From positions 1,152,001-1,216,000 of the forward strand of contig CBDFJG010000004.1 of NCBI GenBank assembly GCA_965248445.1: 64,000 nt of DNA, read 5' to 3'. A program made the position numbers and the translations under genes. Numbering within the stretch: position 1 is the stretch's first letter; the number at the start of each line of letters is the position of its first letter. The notes under the pieces were generated by a model that ran no database searches, was not told where the DNA came from, and worked only from the letters and a program-made list of their open reading frames with translations. Below, piece after piece: positions 30,076 to 39,216 of this stretch. This DNA comes from Planctomycetota bacterium. GTDB lineage: Bacteria > Planctomycetota > JAJSAM01 > JAJVHW01.

Positions 30076-30495
30076 GTGGATCCCAGGCGCCCCCGCCGAT
30101 TCGGCCCGGTCGCGAGCGCGCTTGCTCTCGCACGCGCAGGCGGGGTTCTCGCCGTCGTCGCGCTGGCGGCGGCGCCTGTCGCCACGTCGGTCACGTCGTA
30201 CGCGGACGACCCGAACATCTCGGCGATCTGCTTCCTGCCGTCCGACGCAGTCCCGGGCGGACACCCCGAGTTCAAGAGCGTGCCGTCCTTTCTCTCCCCG
30301 ACCGACGACGCGGTGCCCGACCGGCTGGGAGACTGGATCCAGACCGAGTGCTACGTCGTGCGGCAGAACGTGGACCTGCCCCACCTGGGGCGAGCCTGGC
30401 GACGCATCCACGGCGGGCCTGAGCTCGCGACGGTGGTGTGGTTCACTCGCCAGGACACGTTGCTCAACGTGCAGTTCGACTTGCCGATCGAGTAG
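30076..30495 (+). CDS. Hypothetical exported or membrane protein
   Basis: PRRPRRF followed by a hydrophobic helix; TAGACT lies 6 nt upstream of the GTG. Confidence 0.65.
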   Translation: MDPRRPRRFGPVASALALARAGGVLAVVALAAAPVATSVTSYADDPNISAICFLPSDAVPGGHPEFKSVPSFLSPTDDAVPDRLGDWIQTECYVVRQNVDLPHLGRAWRRIHGGPELATVVWFTRQDTLLNVQFDLPIE

Positions 30496-30688
30496 GGCGA
30501 GAGGCCAGGAGCCGCCTGCGGAGTTTCCCCGCCCGCGCTGGGACGCCCGTACCGTCGCTCCGCGGTAGCCTCCTCTCGATGAGTCGGAGCCATCCCGAGG
30601 GAGCCCCGCCGACGCTGCGTCGGCTGACATCGATACGGGGAGCGACTCGTCCGCCGGCGGCCCCACGAGTTCGCGCGGGCGCCGCCTC

Positions 30689-31732
30689 GTGGCGGTCCTG
30701 CTCGGGATGCTGCTCGCGCTCGTCGTCTCCGAGGGACTGCTGCGTGTGCTGGTCGCGACCGAGATCATGCCGCCGGACAAGGGCTTCGGTGGCTTCGTCC
30801 ACCAGCTCGAGAACGCGCAGAACTTCAACTACGACTTCGTGCAGAACTACACCGCCGCCGCGTTCGGTGGACCCGCACCAGGTCTGTTCCGGCGCAGCGA
30901 AGACACCGTGCTCGGCTGGGAGCCTGTGCCCGGCATGACCGCCGGACACATCCGAATCAACGCCGGGGGATTCCGCGGTCCCGAGTACGCGATGGAGCGC
31001 CCAAGTGGTCGCCGAAGAGTCGCACTGCTGGGTGACTCCGAGGTGTTCGGCATGCGGCTGGCAGAACACCAGACGCTCTCCGGTGCAATCGAGTCGCAGT
31101 TGAACGAGCAAGGCGGCGGAGAGTCGTTCGAGGTCCTGAACTTCGGGGTGCCGGCGTACAACACCGTGCAGGAGCTTGCTCTGCTCGAGTCCAAGGTCCT
31201 CCAGTACGAACCGGACGCCGTCGTGGTCTGCTACTGCTTCAACGACCCGGAGATCTCGACACGCGGTGTGCTGGTTGGCTCCGGTCCGCTTTCGCGTACG
31301 TATCTCGGGTTGTTCGCCGCCTACTGGCACGGCTCGATCGAGGCCCTCGAAGAGATGCGCGGAGCGAGCGGCGACATCGTCGACTACTACCGCCGCCTGC
31401 ACGAGTCCGCGTACTTCGAACCGACGAAGTCGGCCATCCGCCGCATGGGTGACACCCTGGCGGAGCGCGACGTCCCGTTGTTCGTGTTGATCGGCACCGA
31501 ACTCGCCGGCTACGAGGACTTGCGGGACGGCTATCCGTACGACGAGATCCATGCCTCATTGGCCGAACTCGCTTCGGACCGCATCACCGTCGTCGATCCC
31601 AAGCCGCAACTGACCGCGGAGAGCGCCGACCCGCGTGGCTTCTAGGTCACGCAGCACGACACGCACAAGAACGAGCGAGCGAACCGGATCATGGCCGCCG
31701 TTCTCTGCGAGAGCCTCCTGAACGGGCGATGA
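30689..31732 (+). pseudogene. SGNH/GDSL hydrolase with an in-frame TAG at 31643-31645 before the catalytic DxH
   Basis: LGDS, NFGVPAYNT.QE, FND; the frame continues after the TAG as VTQHDTHKNERANRIMAAVL to a TGA at 31732. Confidence 0.75.
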
Positions 31733-31790
31733 AGCCCACCAACGCTCCACCAACCCAACAACGCAGGACGGGCGCGGCTACGATGACCCC

Positions 31791-33818
31791 ATGAGAGGAC
31801 CAAGACTCATCGCGTCCGGCTTCGCCCTGCTCCTCGGGCTCTCACTCTCCATGGCGCTGGCCGGTGAGATCGTCACGACCGGCGCGACGATCGAGAGCGG
31901 TAGTCCCGGCGCGCCTGGTCTCGTCATCATCGATCCCGACGCGCCGAGCGCCGCGGCAGCCGGGCTCCCGACACCGCCGCCCATGGGCGGCCTCGGCGAT
32001 CCGACGGTCCCCTTCCCCGACTGGCCCGGCGGCCGGGCCGGCACGCAGGTTCTCCGCTTCGACACGTCGACGGTTCTCCCGCGCGGCGTGTATCGCGTTG
32101 CGTCGCTCTACGTCGGACCAGACGCCGAGGTGACCTTCACCAGGGGCGCGGTCGTCCGGTCGGCCGGCCCTGTGACCGTGCTCGGGAGTCTCCGGACGAC
32201 GTTCCGTGGCCGGTTGCGGATCGTCTGTGACGGCGAACTGCGCATCGGCCCGGACGGTGAGATCAACACAGACGGCGGAGATCTCGAGATCGACGCGGGT
32301 GGCGACATCTGCGCCGAGCCCGGTTCTCGAATCACAGGCGGGAGCGGGACTTTTCGTCTGGCGGCGCACGCACGCAACGAAGCGCAGGGCAACGTCGTGC
32401 TCCGCGGCGCACAGATCGCGGCGCGCTCGGGGCTGGCTGTCATGCAGGCCGCCGGCTCGGTCTCGATCGGTGAGGCGTCACACTTCGGGTCGACGTCCGG
32501 CGCCGTGCTGATCCACGCATCCGGCGGCGACGTCGAGATGACCGAGGGTTCGGATGTGCACTTCACGAGCACAAGCCCCTGGATCCGCGTGGAGGCTTCC
32601 GGTTCCGTCACACTGACCGGGCACGAGACGAAGCTGCGGGCCACCGGCGGTGAAATCTGCGTTCGCTCGTTCGGTGGAGACATCGCGATCGAGAGCGGTG
32701 CCACCGCGCGTCTGACCGGCGGGGACATCGACGTTGCAGCTGCGGGCGCGATCACGATCGACGGCCCGAGCGCCGTGAGCCACACTGCGGGCACGACACG
32801 GATCCGGGCGTTCGGCGGCGACATCGTCGTGCAATCGCCGGGCGGCGAATCGAGCTTGCGCACGACCTCCGGCGAGATCTCCCTCGAGTCGGCGGCGAGC
32901 GTGCACCTGGCCGATGGCGGCGCGGTCACGACCGGAAGCGGAACGGTTTGCGTGATCGCCCACGGCGGAGACGTGACACTCGCTCCATCGGCAGGACTGA
33001 GCGTTGAGACCCTGCTCGTCATCGCGGACGGCGCGCTGCGCATGCCGGGAGGCACGATCTATTGCGATGACGCGGTCCTCGCGGCCGAACAGGGTCCGTT
33101 GGAGATCGGGGCCGATCACACTGCCTGGGTCTCCGGCGACGTCACGCTCGTGAGCAGCGGAGTGTTGCAGATCCGCGGTCAGATCACCGCAAGGGGACGC
33201 CTCGACGTCGCGTCGCTCGACGACGACGTCGACATCGCGGGCGCTTTCCTCGACGCGTCCAACGCCTCGAGTCAGCCCGCGGGACAGGTCCACGTCACGT
33301 CGTATGCGGGGGCAGACGGCGGCATCGACGCAACGGGCACCGTCCTGCGGTCCAGGGGCGCGACCGGGACCGGCAACGCGGTCGTCCTGAACGTGCGTGC
33401 GGGTCGGATCGAGCCGTCACCCGAGCCGTCGATCAGCGTGGAGGCGCTGCGCATCCGCCGGCGCGCGAAGCGCCCAGAGCGCTCGACGATCGTGGCAAGC
33501 GGCACCATTGATCTGCCCTACTCGCAATTCACCGCGGGTCTCGCGTCGGTCAAGTTGATGGACCTCTCCCTTCCGCTGGGGTTGCAACGGAAGCGGACGC
33601 AACTCCGCGGACACACCCCAGGGCTGCGGCTGACGCTCCGACGCCGGGGGAGCGCATCCACGCACTTCCGCATTCGCTATCGCGGCGTCGTCTCCGACTA
33701 CGTCTCCGCCAACGGCACGGACCCGGTGGTCGTCGGACTCTGCCAGGAGGCGATCGACGTCATCACCAGCGTGGACCTGATCCGCGACCGCCTAGCGCGC
33801 GCCCGCGCCGGCAACTGA
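31791..33818 (+). CDS. Secreted Gly-rich beta-strand repeat (beta-helix-like) protein
   Basis: Signal peptide; repeated 'GGDI.I...' and 'A.GSV.I' units. Confidence 0.7.
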   Translation: MRGPRLIASGFALLLGLSLSMALAGEIVTTGATIESGSPGAPGLVIIDPDAPSAAAAGLPTPPPMGGLGDPTVPFPDWPGGRAGTQVLRFDTSTVLPRGVYRVASLYVGPDAEVTFTRGAVVRSAGPVTVLGSLRTTFRGRLRIVCDGELRIGPDGEINTDGGDLEIDAGGDICAEPGSRITGGSGTFRLAAHARNEAQGNVVLRGAQIAARSGLAVMQAAGSVSIGEASHFGSTSGAVLIHASGGDVEMTEGSDVHFTSTSPWIRVEASGSVTLTGHETKLRATGGEICVRSFGGDIAIESGATARLTGGDIDVAAAGAITIDGPSAVSHTAGTTRIRAFGGDIVVQSPGGESSLRTTSGEISLESAASVHLADGGAVTTGSGTVCVIAHGGDVTLAPSAGLSVETLLVIADGALRMPGGTIYCDDAVLAAEQGPLEIGADHTAWVSGDVTLVSSGVLQIRGQITARGRLDVASLDDDVDIAGAFLDASNASSQPAGQVHVTSYAGADGGIDATGTVLRSRGATGTGNAVVLNVRAGRIEPSPEPSISVEALRIRRRAKRPERSTIVASGTIDLPYSQFTAGLASVKLMDLSLPLGLQRKRTQLRGHTPGLRLTLRRRGSASTHFRIRYRGVVSDYVSANGTDPVVVGLCQEAIDVITSVDLIRDRLARARAGN

Positions 33819-33824
33819 GACGGC

Positions 33825-33865
33825 CCGAGCCATACCGAGACCGGTACCAATCGGCGCACGGTGTC
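33825..33865 (+). repeat. Dispersed ~35-40-bp direct repeat, copy A
   Basis: CCGAGCCATACCGAGACCGGTACCAATCGGCGCACGGTGTC. Confidence 0.85.
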
Positions 33866-34100
33866 GGCCCGCGACGCGCAGCCAGTAGGTGGCCCGCGGT
33901 GCACGTTCCGCCTAGAAGTGCTTGATCGCGAGGACGAGCATCCAGATCACAGTCGGTACGCAGACCATGACGAGGACGACCACGACGCCGGACGTGTAGC
34001 GCAGCGGTTTGCGGGGCGGCCGCATGCGGACATCCTAGGGGGCCCCGCGTGTCCCGTTACTGCTCGCACTGCCACATAGGCACATCTACTGTGCGCGGCG

Positions 34101-34865
34101 ATGTGGCCGTTCCGTGCGCGCTGTCCGTTGACCCCGGGAGATGAGCGCTGGGTTCACGAGAGCGCGCGACGCCTGGTCCATGCCCTGAGCCTCACACGGG
34201 TTCAGGACGCACAGGTGCTGCAACCGATCCCGGATCACATCCCGAACATCCACGACCGTAAGGACGAGTCGATCCAGAGGGTCTTCGCGAGCACCGCGCG
34301 GTTCATCGGCGTCGATCCACGCAAGATCCGGCTCCAGGTTTACGACGATCCGGTCGAGGTGATGCGCCGCCGGCTCCGACTTCAGCCGGCCGGGGAGCTC
34401 GGAGGTTGCATCCTCGGTACGTATGACGTCGAGAGAGGTCCGCGCATCCGGATCAGTCGCGACAGCATCCGCGACATCAGTGGTCTCGTTGCGACCGTCT
34501 CGCACGAGCTTGCGCACCACGTCCTTATCTCGGAGCTCCGCTTCGACCCACGGGACGCCGACCACGAACCGATCACCGACCTGGCGATGGTGTTCCTCGG
34601 CCTCGGGTGGTTCGGAGCGAAGGGGAGCGTCATCGACGTGCAGTGGACGGGTGGAGGCTACGAGGGCTACGAGTACGGCAAGAACGGTTATCTGCCGCCT
34701 CAACTCTGGGGCTACGCCCTCGCCATCTTCGCATGGCTCCGCGAGGAGCGCCGCCCTACGTGGTCCAAAGGCCTGTCGTCGACGGTGCGGGCCTGCATGA
34801 AGCGCGGCTTGCGTTATCTGGCGAAGAACGCCCGGCCCGGGCAGCTCCCGCTCTCGGTGGTCTGA
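34101..34865 (+). CDS. Hypothetical protein with an HExxH zinc-peptidase-like motif
   Basis: LVATVSHELAHH...DHEPITDLAMVFLGLG...GYL...WGYALA. Confidence 0.75.
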   Translation: MWPFRARCPLTPGDERWVHESARRLVHALSLTRVQDAQVLQPIPDHIPNIHDRKDESIQRVFASTARFIGVDPRKIRLQVYDDPVEVMRRRLRLQPAGELGGCILGTYDVERGPRIRISRDSIRDISGLVATVSHELAHHVLISELRFDPRDADHEPITDLAMVFLGLGWFGAKGSVIDVQWTGGGYEGYEYGKNGYLPPQLWGYALAIFAWLREERRPTWSKGLSSTVRACMKRGLRYLAKNARPGQLPLSVV

Positions 34866-34960
34866 GGCTGGTGTGTGCGGTCACATGCGATACCACACAA
34901 GCGATACCGAGACCGCCTGGCGCGCGCCCGCGCCGGCAGCTGAGCGAGGGAGGCCATACG

Positions 34961-35066
34961 ATGACAGTCTCCGACCTGACGCGCGGCCGGCGCGAGATCC
35001 GAGAGAAGTACCGATCGTTCGAGGTGCGCACGCACGGGCGCGCGTGGACACGCTCCGAACTCGCGT
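34961..35066 (+). pseudogene. N-terminal fragment resembling MazG-like nucleotide pyrophosphohydrolases, cut at repeat copy B
   Basis: RBS GAGGGAGG; MTVSDLT...EIREKY..FE...HGRAWTRSELA; family resemblance is from memory. Confidence 0.45.
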
Positions 35067-35101
35067 CATACCGAGACCGGCGCCAATCGGCGCACGGTGT
35101 C
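35067..35101 (+). repeat. Dispersed direct repeat, copy B
   Basis: CATACCGAGACCGGCGCCAATCGGCGCACGGTGTC. Confidence 0.85.
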
Positions 35102-35132
35102 AGGAACGCTCACGGAATACCGAGATGTCCGA

Positions 35133-38100
35133 TCACGACCCGTGCGCCTCGGACGCAGCCACGATGTCGCGGTGCAGGGGGACGTTCGCGAGCATCGCCT
35201 CGTGGTGCCGGCTCGGCGCGTACGACAGCTGCTCGTCCAGCAGTCGCCTGGCCTCCACCAAGTAGACCGGCCCGCCGGTCGCTCGCCAGAGGAGCCACTG
35301 TGTGCGAAGAGAGTGCTTACTCTGGCCGGCCGCCGCTCCGACCGCCACGGCGGCGTTCACGTCCCCGCCCGGAAGGCAGGCGAGCATCGCCTGAGCCAGC
35401 ACAGCGCCCGCCCTTCGTCCGCGCGACACGGCGAGCGACTCCTCCAGCGCGGCGCGAGCGCCCTCGATGTCACCCGCACGCCACCGCAGATCGGCGATCT
35501 GCGTCAGCGAGTCTGCGATGCCGTCTCCGTGCCCGGCCCTGCGGCGGACGGCGAGCGATTCCTGCATTAGCTGCACCGCACGGACGGTGTCGCCCTCTTG
35601 GTCGGCCAGCGAGCCGAGATGTTGAATCGCATAGGCCTCGGAGTAGGGCGAGCCGGCTTCGCGGCTGATCGCACCCGACCTCTCCAGCGTCTCGCGCGCA
35701 CGCGTGCGATCCCCTAGTACGAGCCAGAGTTCACCGAGGTTGACGAGAGCGATCGCCTCCGTGCGACGGCCTCCCACCTCGCGGCTCATTGCGAGACTCC
35801 GTTCGTGGTAGGACACCGCCTCGGAGAGACGGCCGAGCGCTCGGTACAGGCCGCCCAGGTTGCCCAGGGTGACGGCTTCACCGTGCCGGAACCCGATCTC
35901 GCGGGTCATCGCGACGGTCCGTTCGAAGTGCTCCCGCGCCTCATCGAGTCGGCCCTCGGCCTCGAGCGCGTTGCCGATATTGCCCGTGGCGACGGTCTCT
36001 CCGTGGCGGTTCCCGATCTCGCGGTGCAGCGCCCGGGCACGTTCGTGGTGCTCTCGCGCCAGGTCGACGCGGCCCATTGTCGCGTACGCACTGCCGAGGC
36101 TGCCCAGTGCCACGGCCTCCTCGCTGCGGTTCCCGTTGGCGCTGTGCAGTGCGCGACACCGCTCGTGATGCACGAGCGCGTCGTCGACTCGGCCGCGGTG
36201 ACGCAAGATGGTCCCCAGGCCGCCCGTGGCGCGGGCTTCGATGTGCTTATCGCCCGTCTCTCTCGAGACCTCGAGCGCCCGACGATAGGCCGCTTCGGCA
36301 TCGTCGTGCCGCGAGCTCCGCCACAGCACGTTGCCGAGGTCCACCGCGGCCGTCCCCTGCAGGCGCGCGTCGCCCGCCGCCTCGGCCAGGCGCTCGGCCT
36401 CCTCGGCGCAGTCCTCCTTGTGCGACGCGGTTCCCTTCGGCGCAAGCACACTCGCACGACGGAGCAACACCTTCGCGCGGTCGGTGCCGGCGAGTAGCCC
36501 GGGGACCCCGAGTGCGCGCTCCGCCAGATCGGCGGCCTCCGCGTGCAGGTAGCCGTTCGTCAGATGGTCCTGCGCGGCCTGGAGGTAGCGCAGCGCCGAC
36601 TCGCCCCGCGCGCCCTTCAGATAGTGCTCGCACAGATCCACACACAGCGCGCCGTTGAGAGACTCGGGTGCCGCCTCGCGCGCCTTCGTGCGCGTCTCGA
36701 GCGTCTCCGCGAGGGCCGCGTGGTACTCCTCTCGCAACAGTTCGGAGAGGCTCGCGTAAAGCGCCTCCTGCACCTGATGGTGGTCGAAGACGTACTCGCG
36801 TCCCGACGCACGGACGAGACGGTGCCTCCGCTCGATCTGCCCGAGTTGCCGGAGCAGCGGAATCCGAGCGAGACCCAGCACCTCCCCCACGAGCAGTGGA
36901 TCGAACTCGTAGCCCCAACATGCGGCGATGTCGAGCAGCGCCCGCTCGTCGTCGCTCAGTCCCGCTACCCGCGCGCTCACCAGGTCGAGCACCGTCGAGG
37001 GAATCTGGATGTCCTCGATCACCTGCGTCGACACCCACGTCCCGTCGGCCGCCTGTGTGATGAACTGCCCCTCGCGCAGGCCGCGGATGATCTCGAACGC
37101 GAAGAACGGGTTGCCGTCGGACTTCAGCACGATCTGCAATCCCAGAACTTCGGCCAACGCCTTGGAGCGGAACGCGTCCTCCAGCAGCCCGACGAGTTCC
37201 TTCGGTCCGAGGCGCGCGAGCTGCAAGTGGCTCGTCTGGTCCAGTCGCGTCAGGCCCGACATCCACGTGTCTGAGGCACCGCGTCGCGTCGTGCCGATCA
37301 GCAGGACGCGTTCCCCGGGCACCGCCATCGCGAGCGACGTGAAGAGCGAACGGCCCTCGTCGGGAGCGAAGTGCAGATCGTCGATCAGGACAACCGTCGT
37401 GCGCTCTGCCGCCAGAGACCGCGTGACGTTGACGAAGCAGGTCTGCGGTGAGCTCTTCGTCAGCAGTTCCACTCCGGTCGGCGCGCTCTCACCCTTGAGC
37501 AACGCATCGAACGCCGGCACGAGGATCGGGGTCTGCGTCAGGTAGGGCGCGCTCCCCGATTCGCCGACGTGCTCGCGGTACGCCGTCGAGAACGCACCGC
37601 TCGCCGTGGCGGCGCCCCCCGGTGGATAGCTTCCGAACAGGAAGTTGATGACCTCGCCGTCGCGCTGCAACCGCCCGATCAGCTCGTCCACGATCCGGGA
37701 CTTGCCGATGCCCGCCTCACCCTCGATCAGCAGGACCTGGCCATCGCTCGAGGTGGCGCGGTCGTACAGGTCGCGCAGGGTCGCGAGTTCGTCTTCGCGC
37801 CCGTACACGGCCGTCTCCCGCGGAATGCGGATGCGGCGCAGCGGACGGCTGGTCGCAGCGCGCAGAGACTGCGAACGCGCCCGCCACCACGGAGAGTCCT
37901 CGCCTTCGGAGAGGACCGCCGCCAAGTCGTGAGCTGACGCGAATCGCTTCTCGCGGTCCTTCTCGAGGAGGCAGTGCACCGCCTCCTCGAAGAACGGCGA
38001 GAGTTGGGGGTTCGCGTCGCCGAGCCGCCGTAGCTGCTCGCGCACGACCCTCTGGATCGTCGCCGTGATCCCGTCGGCCACGTACGGGTTTGTCCCGCAA

Positions 38101-38732
38101 GCGAGCTCGTAGAGAACGAGCCCGAGCGCGTGCAGGTCCACGCGGCCGTCCACGTCCGCGCCACCCTTCTGGAAGCTCTCCGGCGCGGCGTAGCAAAGCG
38201 ACCCGACGAACGCACCGGTCTGGGAGAGACGGATCGCCTCGTCGGCCAACCGCGCTACACCGAGGTCCATGACCTTGACGACGTGGTCGGCAGTGATCAG
38301 CACGTTGTCGGGTTTCATGTCGCGGTGGATCACGCCGGCGTCGTGGATGGCCGAGAGTCCCTTGGCGACTTCCTGTCCGATGTGCCGGCAGAGTTCCTCG
38401 GGGACGCGCTCTAGCTCTTCGAGCAACTCGCGCAGCGTCTGCCCCTCGACGTACTCCATCGCAATGAAGTGCTGCTCGCCGGTGGCGTCGCAGTCATACG
38501 TGCGCACCACGTTCGGGTGGCGGACCGTCTTCCCGAGTTCCGCTTCGCGCAGGAACCGCTTGAAGAATCCGGGCACCTCGAGAAGGTGCGGGTGCACGAC
38601 CTTGACCGCGACGCGCGTGCCCTCGGTCAGTCCCGGCACCCGCGCGTCGACGACGGCGGCGTAGACCTTCCCCATCCCACCGGAGCCGAGCTCCGACTCG
38701 ATGCGGTACGGACCCAGCACGTCGCCGATCAC
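35133..38732 (-). CDS. Ser/Thr protein kinase + AAA_16/STAND ATPase + TPR protein
   Basis: LGSGGMGKVY, HRDMKPDN, DLG, APE; Walker A GEAGIGKS; Walker B IDDLH; GNPFF; 40-aa TPRs. Confidence 0.93.
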   Translation of the reverse strand: MIGDVLGPYRIESELGSGGMGKVYAAVVDARVPGLTEGTRVAVKVVHPHLLEVPGFFKRFLREAELGKTVRHPNVVRTYDCDATGEQHFIAMEYVEGQTLRELLEELERVPEELCRHIGQEVAKGLSAIHDAGVIHRDMKPDNVLITADHVVKVMDLGVARLADEAIRLSQTGAFVGSLCYAAPESFQKGGADVDGRVDLHALGLVLYELACGTNPYVADGITATIQRVVREQLRRLGDANPQLSPFFEEAVHCLLEKDREKRFASAHDLAAVLSEGEDSPWWRARSQSLRAATSRPLRRIRIPRETAVYGREDELATLRDLYDRATSSDGQVLLIEGEAGIGKSRIVDELIGRLQRDGEVINFLFGSYPPGGAATASGAFSTAYREHVGESGSAPYLTQTPILVPAFDALLKGESAPTGVELLTKSSPQTCFVNVTRSLAAERTTVVLIDDLHFAPDEGRSLFTSLAMAVPGERVLLIGTTRRGASDTWMSGLTRLDQTSHLQLARLGPKELVGLLEDAFRSKALAEVLGLQIVLKSDGNPFFAFEIIRGLREGQFITQAADGTWVSTQVIEDIQIPSTVLDLVSARVAGLSDDERALLDIAACWGYEFDPLLVGEVLGLARIPLLRQLGQIERRHRLVRASGREYVFDHHQVQEALYASLSELLREEYHAALAETLETRTKAREAAPESLNGALCVDLCEHYLKGARGESALRYLQAAQDHLTNGYLHAEAADLAERALGVPGLLAGTDRAKVLLRRASVLAPKGTASHKEDCAEEAERLAEAAGDARLQGTAAVDLGNVLWRSSRHDDAEAAYRRALEVSRETGDKHIEARATGGLGTILRHRGRVDDALVHHERCRALHSANGNRSEEAVALGSLGSAYATMGRVDLAREHHERARALHREIGNRHGETVATGNIGNALEAEGRLDEAREHFERTVAMTREIGFRHGEAVTLGNLGGLYRALGRLSEAVSYHERSLAMSREVGGRRTEAIALVNLGELWLVLGDRTRARETLERSGAISREAGSPYSEAYAIQHLGSLADQEGDTVRAVQLMQESLAVRRRAGHGDGIADSLTQIADLRWRAGDIEGARAALEESLAVSRGRRAGAVLAQAMLACLPGGDVNAAVAVGAAAGQSKHSLRTQWLLWRATGGPVYLVEARRLLDEQLSYAPSRHHEAMLANVPLHRDIVAASEAHGS

Positions 38733-38767
38733 GGCGGCACGGTAGCAGGGTGCGGCGGGCGGAGTCG

Positions 38768-38808
38768 CCGAGCCACACCGAGACCGGTGCCAATCGGCGC
38801 ACGGGGTC
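38768..38808 (+). repeat. Dispersed direct repeat, copy C
   Basis: CCGAGCCACACCGAGACCGGTGCCAATCGGCGCACGGGGTC. Confidence 0.85.
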
Positions 38809-38986
38809 CGCGATGTGGCTGCGGAGGGGCCGGCTCAAGCCTGCACCGCGCCCGACGGGCTGCGTTCGGCACGCGTCGTTCCTCGGCGCGCCGAAGCACC
38901 CGCCGCAAGAGGGAACTACGGGCCGCTTGCCGGCAGCGAGTCGCATCGAGGTGCGCGGAACAGCATTGGCTCTAACGAGTTGCGTG

Positions 38987-39031
38987 TGGCACGCCCGTGA
39001 GGAGTAGAACCTCAAACCTCCTGATCCGTAG
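38987..39031 (-). repeat. 3' half of tRNA-Arg(ACG), att-like remnant with a mutated T-loop
   Basis: Reverse complement CT-ACG-GA-TCAGG-AGGTT-TGAGG-TTCTACT-CCTCA-CGGGCGT-G-CCA; no 5' half. Confidence 0.88.
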
Positions 39032-39216
39032 ACGGAGAGAGTCAGCCTTGTACGCTCGCCCGACGTGTCGCATGTGTCGCACCGTCTGCACGGTGTCGCA
39101 GGGTTAATCGAACTGGATCGAACTCGACAGCGGGGAATCCTCCGGGTGCCACCCCCGTCTTCGCGGTACCACCCGTTGCCGCGAGCAGGCAGTCGTTCCG
39201 CCGCGGAGTTCGTCCG

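Noticed and set aside
33825..38808. CRISPR repeats or classical integron attC sites
   Set aside because: Spacing is 1.2-3.7 kb, there are no RYYYAAC/GTTRRRY ends, and no intI is present.
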